Shown here piece after piece: positions 40,130-48,700 of a stretch of 64,000 nt of DNA. The DNA lies in IMG/VR virus record IMGVR_UViG_3300046318_000491, positions 64,001 through 128,000 of that record. The stretch is one strand, 5' to 3'. Both the position numbers and the translations under genes were made by a program. Within the stretch, counting starts at the first letter, position 1. Each line of letters begins with the position of its first letter. The DNA comes from a virus. The notes under the pieces are model-generated. The model ran no database searches, was not told the DNA's origin, and saw nothing but the letters and a program-made list of their open reading frames with translations.

Positions 40130-41242
40130 TTAGCTGTACATTTGAGTTTTGAGGTTGCCGGTAGCAAGCTCGACTAGATTTTCTACACCGTCAATAGTCT
40201 TTGTAGCGTATAAAGTCCATGTTCCAGGGTCTACCATGCCGATAGCCGCTAGTGCCTTATCGTAAGAGACGTCAAAAGATACCGACTCTGCGCCAGAATT
40301 TAAGGTAATACTGTCAGCATCTAAATTCACTGACTTAGCACCGCTATACCCGCGGAGAGTGACCTGGGGTGTCCAGCCGGAGCTAGGGAAAAAATTACTG
40401 AAGTCTAGGCTATCAATACCAGTCGAAGACCACGCTGCAGCATCCCCCTTGACAAGAATTAGGTCAAAATCTGCATTGGCAGTGAGCACGGCAGTTTTAG
40501 GGGTGTAGCGGCGTGCACGTGGTTGATCAGGAGAAAATACCTTCGACTTACGACGTGCATTATCGGGGTTGGTGACTTTTAGAAATAAATCAATTTCATA
40601 AAGCCCGGTGCGCAACTCGTCGATAAATTCCTGATTATCAAGAATGGTATAGGAGACACCTTGACGAGTTACAGAAGTAACGCGCTGAGGGAGCTCGCAG
40701 TCAGAATCGCCAGACCATAAACGAGCAAACTCTAGGGCAAGCTTACGTGCAGCCATACGACCGGCAACTGGAACAGGGGTTCCATATGAATACGTAATTT
40801 CTGTATTACAAGGAGTCCACGGAGTGCCAGCCTGGATGTGGATCGTTGAGTGGTCAACTAGGTAATAGCTAGAAGGGTCAAGAACTTTACCAGTGCGGTT
40901 TCTAATAGAGTGAATTTTAGTTACAGGGCGGCCGCGCAAACGAATACGGGAATCTGGAGACATACCGTCAGCAGTAAGCTCCGAGTACTCGTCGTAGTCA
41001 CCAGAGGGGATATTGTAAACATCTCCACCAAATAGGATTGGAGAGTTGGTCTTAATAGAAGGCCCCATGCGGTTATTACGCAGGGTACATGTGTAGCGCT
41101 CGGTTACAGTGGTTTCGCCAGTAAATTTACGGCCCGACATGGCCCAGAGTAGGTACGATGCTACACGGCAGGCTTCTTCAGTAAATTCCGTGTATGCGTA
41201 GTCACCCAGCTCTTCAGGCTGTACCCAAAAGTTGTTAGACAT
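40130..41242 (-). CDS. Head-to-tail adaptor with C-terminal Ig-like extension
   Basis: AS.LLWAMSGR.F; ITYSYG..P; LA.E; C.LPQRVTSVTRQGVS; TG..EID.F....NP. Confidence 0.85.
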   Translation of the reverse strand: MSNNFWVQPEELGDYAYTEFTEEACRVASYLLWAMSGRKFTGETTVTERYTCTLRNNRMGPSIKTNSPILFGGDVYNIPSGDYDEYSELTADGMSPDSRIRLRGRPVTKIHSIRNRTGKVLDPSSYYLVDHSTIHIQAGTPWTPCNTEITYSYGTPVPVAGRMAARKLALEFARLWSGDSDCELPQRVTSVTRQGVSYTILDNQEFIDELRTGLYEIDLFLKVTNPDNARRKSKVFSPDQPRARRYTPKTAVLTANADFDLILVKGDAAAWSSTGIDSLDFSNFFPSSGWTPQVTLRGYSGAKSVNLDADSITLNSGAESVSFDVSYDKALAAIGMVDPGTWTLYATKTIDGVENLVELATGNLKTQMYS

Positions 41243-41262
41243 ATATACCTCTCTATAAGTTT

Positions 41263-41306
41263 AAACGGGTGGCAAACCAGTGATTAGACCAGTTCGCCAC
41301 CCGTTT
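41263..41306 (-). terminator. Long hairpin after the major tail gene
   Basis: AAACGGGTGGCGAAC...GTTTGCCACCCGTTT, about 15 bp including G-U on the minus strand. Confidence 0.6.
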
Positions 41307-41317
41307 CTTTAGCTTAT

Positions 41318-42445
41318 TTAAGCTGGGTCTTCGTTAGAAGATAGGATGTTGTCGATGGCTGCATCAGCATTGTATGTGATGCTTCCAGGAACGTTAGGTA
41401 CACCGTCACCCTGACCAAGATCAGCTGAGCTTACCTGAGTATAGGTAGGGACCTGAGTTACTGACTTAGTAGTAGTTACACGAGCGCCAGCAGGAATTGC
41501 TGGAGTGGTGGTTGCAGTGATCTCGGTAAAGGCAGCTGCCTCTGTGTCGAATGCAACAGTGTATGGAGATGAGCTAGATACAGTCAAACCGCCAGAGATC
41601 TTGCCATTTAGACCAGCAGAGATGTTCTGTAGGAAGATCTCGTCGCCAGCTGCAATCTTAGGGTCACCAGAGAAGGTCAGTGTAGCTGTGCCATCAACGA
41701 TCTTAGCCTTTGTAAGAGTAACTGAGCTAGGGTCCTTAGCAGTAACTGACGTGAAGTAGACGTTCTCGTTGTTGGTGTTATCTGACCACTGGTAGAAGCC
41801 ATTTAGAGCAGTTGGTGCCCATGAAGCGCGTGCATATGAGTATGGACGCTCCGCGGCAATGGGGAATTCCCAACGACCATCAGGACCTGACTGGAAGTTA
41901 ACGTTTCCAAGACCGAAGCCTTCGAAGGTGTTAGCCATTAGACCGTTTTCAATAACGCGGTCGCCTGACTGACGCATCTTGGCGTATGGGAATACCCAGT
42001 GGAAGTAAGGAAGAACGCCTGAACGCTTTCCGTCCTTTACTGCGTGTGACCAAGCCTCGATTGCAACACCGTTACCTGCAGGGTCATCGCCTACACCAGG
42101 TGCAGCCCAACCAACAGACTTAACGTCGCCCTGACCAATATCCTTGCGAAGCAATAGACCACCAGATAGAAGAGCAGTCAGCTCTGGATCTGGCTCACAA
42201 ATTGCAAGTTCCATGGTGATGCGCTTTAGAGTGTCCGGAGCTTTGTATGTTACACATACAACGCCGTTTGCACCCTTTTCAGTGATTTCATCGCCCTCTT
42301 CGTATTCTGGAGTGAACGAGATTCTCATAAATGCTGAGGTGGTGTAGCTGTCGCCAGGACCGCTCAGCAAGGTACCAGTAGAATCCAGACGGGTGACACG
42401 GATTGACACACCCTGGATGCTAGCTGCATATTCTTGAGTAGCCAT
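41318..42445 (-). CDS. Major tail (tube) protein with C-terminal accessory domain
   Basis: IRVTRLD..G; EYEEGDEI....ANG..C; C.PDP; VAIEAW; YFHWVFP. Confidence 0.85.
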   Translation of the reverse strand: MATQEYAASIQGVSIRVTRLDSTGTLLSGPGDSYTTSAFMRISFTPEYEEGDEITEKGANGVVCVTYKAPDTLKRITMELAICEPDPELTALLSGGLLLRKDIGQGDVKSVGWAAPGVGDDPAGNGVAIEAWSHAVKDGKRSGVLPYFHWVFPYAKMRQSGDRVIENGLMANTFEGFGLGNVNFQSGPDGRWEFPIAAERPYSYARASWAPTALNGFYQWSDNTNNENVYFTSVTAKDPSSVTLTKAKIVDGTATLTFSGDPKIAAGDEIFLQNISAGLNGKISGGLTVSSSSPYTVAFDTEAAAFTEITATTTPAIPAGARVTTTKSVTQVPTYTQVSSADLGQGDGVPNVPGSITYNADAAIDNILSSNEDPA

Positions 42446-42464
42446 AAAGCTATTCTCCTTGTTG

Positions 42465-43340
42465 TTACGCTGTTAGATCGACTCGAACAGCTAGGTGGAT
42501 TGATGTATCAAAGTAAGCCGCAGCTGGGCGGATTGCCTTGAGACGCATGTCATTCGCATTACCCGACACATCGTAAGCCTGGCTTAGATTGTCGTTCACG
42601 ACATCGACATCGCCAACATAAGTCTTGACGGTGCCGGTGGCGTAAATCCATTTGTTGGTGGCTGACGCTGCCGCGTTAGTGTCACCATCTGGTCCAGTTC
42701 CTGTGTAACCCGAACCAACGATAACTGGGGTGCCGCCTAGGGTTTGTAGGTGCTCCTTGCCAGCTTCGTGAAAAAGCATGTTTGAGTTGCTAGCAAGAAG
42801 TGCTGCAACATCGCGAGTCATGTGGATGATGCCCTGTTCGCCACCATCTGAAGCCAAACCGATCGAGTGCTCTAGAAGAGCAAGTGCACGGCGTGGAGAA
42901 AGAGCAGCTCCGCTATTAAGAATCGTTGCTGAAGCAGAAGAAAGAGCAACGTTTGCGTGGCTTTCTCCCTTACGAACTGCACCATCCCAAAGCTCAACTT
43001 CCATGGCGTGCTGAGTAACGCCGTCAAGCTGTCGCTTTAAACGCTCAATGCGGTCGATGCCGTTGAAACCTAGAGTAGAGCGAAGCTCTTCTGCCTCGAT
43101 GAACCAAGGCTTGATTTCGGTGTAGTAAGTCGGTACGCCAGCAGCTACTACTTCACCATCTGTAGAGTCAGTGTCATCCCAGTTGGTTGCCGAGTAAAGT
43201 GTTGTTTCCCACTCCTGTGAGAAGCCACGGACCCACTGGTCCTCTGATGGACCGTTCTCAGGCTTGATTACGGCAAGTAGGCCGAATGCAGAAGGCACAA
43301 TCTTGGGTGCTGATACAACACCGGTCTTTGTGAAAGCCAT
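42465..43340 (-). CDS. Major capsid pentamer protein (cluster B-type)
   Basis: FGLL...W.RG; E.ELW.G; LALLE..G.IH; T.GGTPV..G.GY; WIYATG.V. Confidence 0.7.
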   Translation of the reverse strand: MAFTKTGVVSAPKIVPSAFGLLAVIKPENGPSEDQWVRGFSQEWETTLYSATNWDDTDSTDGEVVAAGVPTYYTEIKPWFIEAEELRSTLGFNGIDRIERLKRQLDGVTQHAMEVELWDGAVRKGESHANVALSSASATILNSGAALSPRRALALLEHSIGLASDGGEQGIIHMTRDVAALLASNSNMLFHEAGKEHLQTLGGTPVIVGSGYTGTGPDGDTNAAASATNKWIYATGTVKTYVGDVDVVNDNLSQAYDVSGNANDMRLKAIRPAAAYFDTSIHLAVRVDLTA

Positions 43341-43383
43341 TTGTAGGTTCCTTAAGTAAATAAAGTCTTATATGTTTCGTATT

Positions 43384-43409
43384 GGGGGAGCCGGTTACCC
43401 GACTCCCCC
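43384..43409 (-). terminator. GC-rich hairpin with GTAA (GNRA) loop between the two capsid genes
   Basis: GGGGGAGTCGG-GTAA-CCGGCTCCCCC; no U-tract. Confidence 0.6.
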
Positions 43410-43446
43410 GCAACGAGGTTGCTACTATTTAGTGGCTGTTGAGTGT

Positions 43447-45585
43447 TTAGTACTCTACAGCAGCGGCAGTAGCGCCACCAGTTGTGTCGCGAAGAGCTGC
43501 AGCAACACCGTTGATTGAGATTGAAGATGTGATCTTCAGTGACTCGATACCAACCTTTGCTAGGCCTTCGAAGGTTTCCACGAACATCTTGTAGTCGTTG
43601 GTGCCAACTAGAGATGAGTCGCGGATGATACCTAGGTCTAGAGTTCCGCCGTCTAGGAACAAGAATGTTCCCTCTGCGAATAGGTACCATGAGAATGAGT
43701 CCGGGAACTCAAGTAGTGCTGCTGCACCCTGTGCGCCAAAGTAGTTCTGGTCAGGTGAAGCCACTAGAGATACGTTGCTGTTCGATAGGTAGCCCTCGAT
43801 CTCTGCCTTTGACAGAGCGATGGTGCCATCGCCTGGCATTGATAGAGTAAGGTCAGCTGCCATAGCGTCGATAACCCAGTCAGGCACGATGGCCTTTAGC
43901 TGAGTACCAGCGTCGATACGGTGACGTGAACGGTAAGCAACTGCTGCACGGCGGATCTGGACTAGGAAGTCACGACCGAAACCGATTAGTGAAGAAGTAG
44001 TAACAGCGGTTGAAGCGTTACCAATCTTAGTTAGCAAGTTAACTTCTGCCTGACGAGCGTGCTCAACGAGCGCAAGCTCATTGTGGCGAGCGATTAGCTC
44101 TGGGTACGCACGGGTCATCAAGTTACCGAACTGTAGCTGTAGGGTTACAGCGTCAGTGGTTGCAGTCAGTTCAGCAGCAGAAGAAACAGTCAAGCTGTTC
44201 TTTGTGTCACCGTCTGGCTCTGCGTCCACTGCAGCAGTCCATACACCAACAGCGTTAGCGTAGTCACCTGAAGCGAATGATGGAGGAGTTACGAAGCGGA
44301 TACCGCCACGGTCTGCCTGGAACTTAGGAAGTGAGTCGCGAACTGGACGGACAGTGGTTGAACCAAGACCGAAAATGTCGTACTTAACTTCGAAAGGAGC
44401 ACCGTGACCACCAGAAGCAACAAGAGCTGAGTCAGCAGCAAAAGCTGAGATCTTAGCTGAGTTAGCCTCTGCATCGGTAGTTAGGGTGCGTGCCTCGTCA
44501 AACTGAGTGGTGATAGATGCAACGATGTGCTGCTCTCCGTCGCCACCGTTTACACGACGCAATGAGTGGATACGCTTTTCCATAGCCTGAGCTACTTCGG
44601 TCATATCGTTGATAGTGCTGCCTGCGGTGTAGCCAGGGATGTCAGCGCCAGCGGTGATTGCCACTACTGACTCTGCGATCTGAACTACAGGCTGACGGTC
44701 AGCTGGAGCCTCGAAGGTTCCCTCTGCTGATGCGGTCACAGTTGCCTGCTCTTCCTGCTGAATCTCTTCAGCGATAGGTGATGTTTCTAGAATGGTTTCT
44801 TCGGCTGAAGCCTCCGAGCCTTCGACTGCCTCAACAACAGCGGTTTCTTCCGCTACTGCTGCTTCAGTCTCAACGATTGCTTCTTCAACTGCTGCGTCAG
44901 CTACTACTGCTTCTTCGACTACAGGGGCCTCAGCTTCAACAGCTGCTTCCTCTACGGTCTCTTCAGTAGCAACCTCTTCAACAGACGCATCTGCAACGAT
45001 GGTCTCTTCGGTTACTTCTACCGACTCTACGGTTGATAGTTCAGAATCTGATTCCTGATCAATTGATGCTTCGACAACAGCTTCCTCGGCAATAGCTTCA
45101 ACAGCTACTTCCTCGGCTACTGGTGTCTCCTCTGAAGAAAGTTCAGCAGAAGCCTTCATAGACTTCTTTGCTTCTTCTTCTTCGTCGGTCTCTTTGGCTT
45201 CTTCAGTAGGAGCTTCCTCAGTTTCCACTGGGGCTTCTTCTACTGGAGCTTCCTCCGCTGGCATGTCCTCTACGGGCATGTCTTCGTTAGTTGGCTCATC
45301 CATAGCCATTTCCTCTCCAGACGCCTCGGCAATACCCTTAACACGGGCAGTAGCCTCAGCCGCGCGGGCTGCTAGCTCTTCGGCAAGTGCCTCTCGACGA
45401 GCCAGCTCACCCTTCACGATGTCAAGAGAGTCGGCAAGCGACGTCATAGCATCAACTGTTTCAGGAGTCGGGTCTTCACCCTCAACCATTTCGAACTGGC
45501 TGACAATATCTGCCTGTAGCTCCGCGACTTGTTCGTCGCCAAGCTCAGCGATAGTATCTAGCTGAGTCTTAATCTGGTCGTACAC
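43447..45585 (-). CDS. Major capsid hexamer protein with acidic N-terminal scaffold-like region
   Basis: Start reassigned to GTG 45585 (GGAGG RBS); E/A/V-rich linker; LVASGG..AP....YD; LP....RGGI; GNL..RAYPEL; LDLGIIRDS.L..TNDY..F.E.FE. Confidence 0.88.
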   Translation of the reverse strand: MYDQIKTQLDTIAELGDEQVAELQADIVSQFEMVEGEDPTPETVDAMTSLADSLDIVKGELARREALAEELAARAAEATARVKGIAEASGEEMAMDEPTNEDMPVEDMPAEEAPVEEAPVETEEAPTEEAKETDEEEEAKKSMKASAELSSEETPVAEEVAVEAIAEEAVVEASIDQESDSELSTVESVEVTEETIVADASVEEVATEETVEEAAVEAEAPVVEEAVVADAAVEEAIVETEAAVAEETAVVEAVEGSEASAEETILETSPIAEEIQQEEQATVTASAEGTFEAPADRQPVVQIAESVVAITAGADIPGYTAGSTINDMTEVAQAMEKRIHSLRRVNGGDGEQHIVASITTQFDEARTLTTDAEANSAKISAFAADSALVASGGHGAPFEVKYDIFGLGSTTVRPVRDSLPKFQADRGGIRFVTPPSFASGDYANAVGVWTAAVDAEPDGDTKNSLTVSSAAELTATTDAVTLQLQFGNLMTRAYPELIARHNELALVEHARQAEVNLLTKIGNASTAVTTSSLIGFGRDFLVQIRRAAVAYRSRHRIDAGTQLKAIVPDWVIDAMAADLTLSMPGDGTIALSKAEIEGYLSNSNVSLVASPDQNYFGAQGAAALLEFPDSFSWYLFAEGTFLFLDGGTLDLGIIRDSSLVGTNDYKMFVETFEGLAKVGIESLKITSSISINGVAAALRDTTGGATAAAVEY

Positions 45586-45690
45586 TGTACCTCCTAGGCC
45601 AGTTATTTTGACATGCACGGTTGTGCATATCGGTGAACAGTCAAGGCGAGGGACTCTGCGCAGGTACGCGAGGCGCTCCACCTATCACTA

Positions 45691-45698
45691 ATTTTACC
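45691..45698 (-). promoter_or_regulatory. GGTAAAAT phage promoter motif upstream of the major capsid gene
   Basis: Intergenic; about 105 nt upstream of the GTG start. Confidence 0.55.
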
Positions 45699-45705
45699 TT
45701 ACTTT

Positions 45706-48700
45706 TTAGGTAAGGAGTCGGAGCAATGTAGCCATTTGAGATTGAACCTCGGCCTGGCTATACACGTCTGCTCCAGACATGTAGGACTTAAGCTCTTGCG
45801 TAGCAATAGCGCCATCCTCTTTACCGATCTTTGCTTCGACTCGAGTGATCATGTCTTTCATGAGACTCTTGAGTCCAGCAGGTAGATCGCTAAACTTTAA
45901 CTTGTCATTTTCACTACCGAAAGGGAGTGGAAGGTTAGAAATAACCTTTCCCAGCTCCGCTGCTGTAGCTTTGACATTCTCTAAGGACTCGGCATTTAAG
46001 GCCTTAGAATCAATTCTATCAATTAAGCCTAGTAGCTCTGTGCTGGCTTTAGTTGACTCTAGATAGTTCCCAGCGAAGTCCATATCCTCGGCGTGCTGCA
46101 CCTTCTGTAATGCATCCTGAAGACCAGTAGCACCTAGGTTCTGCTTTAGACGAGCAAGCACCTTGCGGTACTTTCCTCGAGCATCGCGAGGCTGAGTTAC
46201 GGGAGTATACTTACTACGACCCTCTTCGTCGTAGACTTCCTTAGCGGTAGTCTTGCCAGTGCGGATATCTTCAGCAATCTTTATTTCTTCTTCAGTCTGC
46301 TTATCAGCTTCGGCTTTTACTTCTTTCAGCTTTTCAAGGTCTGACTCAGATATTTCTTTTGGGGTATCAGCGAGCTCCGTAATCGAGGCGATCACTGATC
46401 GCATCTTCTCTACCGAAGCGGCAGCCTCACGGGTGGAAGCTGACTTCCACTCCTGGGGAATAAGGTTGAACTGCTTTAATGCACGCGCACGCTTAGTGAT
46501 GTGCTTACGGGCCGGGGCACATGCTGCGCCCTTAAGTAGGTTGTATGCCTGAAGAGCATTCTTCAAGTCGCCTTCGTTGCGGATCGGCAACATACCATTA
46601 GGCATAGCACCACCACTAGCAATAAGCGACTCTAGCTCTTCACCAGAAATCTTTGATAGCTCGGCAGCAGCGGCAGCTATAAGCGCTTTGTGGCGCAGCT
46701 CGTCTACCTTTGCAGAAGCCAGCATGCTGCTCTCTTTGTTCCACTCTTCCGGAACTAGGTGACGAGCGTTTAGCTGGCGGGCACGCTTTTTGATGTGCTT
46801 CTTTACATCAGCCTTGTGAGATTCTTTCGCGCGGCCGTATGCCTGAATCCCATTGCGTAAATCTTCTACGTTTTGGATCGGGAATGAGCCGTCAGGAAGC
46901 GCCTTGCCTTCTTCGGCGAGCGCCATACGCTGGTCACGATTTAGGGCAGCAAAGTCAGCCCATACCTTGTGCTTAGCTGCTGCAAGGCGAGAATCAATAT
47001 CAAGAGCTGCGGTTGTCATGCTTAGCTCGCTCATGCGATTTGCACGCTCTACGAGAGACATAACTGCGTCACTTTTCATAACAGCCATGTAGTGAGCACC
47101 AGCTGCAACTAATGCAAATACCTTGCCTGATGCAACAAGTGCACGGGCAATAGGGAACCCTGGAACGTTAACCTGGCAAACAGCGACAAGCTCAAGCTGT
47201 CCGTTAATTGGACGCCAGTCGCCTGAAGGCGCAGATGCACGTAGGGCACGGATTTGAGCTTCGGTCGCGTCTGGGCGCAGCGAGCCTGAGACCCAGATTC
47301 CGTAGTCATCTTCACCAGCGTGAACATCAGCAATCGCAGATGCAGTGTCATCATAGTGCTTAGCTGCAGCCCGAGCGTCAGCCTGAAGAGACGCATGACC
47401 ACCAGCAAGAGTCAGTTGACCTACCGGAACGTCAGCTCCACTAAGGGTGCGTACCACACCAGTGTGGAAGTAAGCGTACTTGCTCTTTGAGCGTGGAGGT
47501 CGAGTCGAGCGAGGCATACCGATGTGGTTCACATGCCAAGCTGCGATGTGTCCGTAAATCTTGCCATCAGGATCGATGGTCATAGGAGTGGCTTTTTTGA
47601 AACCAGGATTCTGGAACCACTCAGTCGGAGGGGTTACCGGGATCTCTGAGTCTAAAAAACCTGAGGCAATTAGAGCTTCCTCTGCAACGAATGTGTCAAC
47701 AGACTCTTCGTAGATTCCGTCTTCTGGAACCATCGTTTCCTCCTGGATGCCCGCAGCGTTATCTTCAACAGAAATGGTGCATTCCTGGAAAGCTGGCTTA
47801 GCTACAATTGTAGCAGCCATTACACGTGCGTGATTTATGGTAAGTTTCTGCTTGCCAATGTCCTCTGGACCTTCAGCATTTTCAGTGACCTCTGGCTTGT
47901 CTTCTTTAGCCTCGAACTGGTCGAGGTCTGCAGATACGCCACGGATAAAGCCGTTGCGCACTAGACGCTCTGCTTCGCGACCGTAAGGTCCAGTATCAAA
48001 CACGCCATAAGCGTTTCCAATACCATTTTCGATTCTCTCCATATAGTCGATACGGCCGACTACTACCGAACCATTGTGACCTTCGCCAGTCTTGATCTGC
48101 CAAAGCAGAGGAAGGGGGAGCTCGCGAATTTCAATTGCGTTGGCGTCAAACTTACGACCATCGCCAGACTCCATGTTCTCCGGGATAAGAAGTGGGATGA
48201 TGAACTTAGATCCAGCATCTCCAGCAGACGCGACCAGACCGGTAAAACGCTCTCGTACTTCAGCCGCGCGGGCTGCAAGTGCGGACGCCTCGATTATGGC
48301 AAGATCAAATGTTTCGCTACTGTAACTGCTGGCTTCATTACCAGGGTTCATTCGGCTACCTGTGTAAACGCCAGTTGCTTCCTTGTGACGAAGCTGGCAG
48401 TAGCCCTTAGCGCGAACACCCATGTACTTTGAAAGATGGCGAACGCAACGAGTCCAGTCGCCAGGAGTGCCCCAGCGGATCTTGGCAGCGCCCTTACCGG
48501 TAGTCCAGTATTGGCGAAGCTCTTCTGCATTGCCTCGGTTACGGTCTAGGCCTCCTGCAGCTGCAACTGCACTAGCAGCCTTTACGCAGTTTGGAACATG
48601 CTTACCGTTTTTATCTTTAAAGCCAATTTGCTTGTAGCCATCCCAGCAAGGGTCTTCTGCTGCATGCTCTGTAGTTGCAGCAAGGCTGGCAACAAGTGAA

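Noticed and set aside
45586-45681. ORF-track N-terminal extensions (capsid 45681, GT 13128, 50979, 28119)
   Set aside because: Better RBS-linked or overlap-coupled starts at 45585, 13071, 50940 and 28092; the capsid and GT extensions run through hairpin/leader regions
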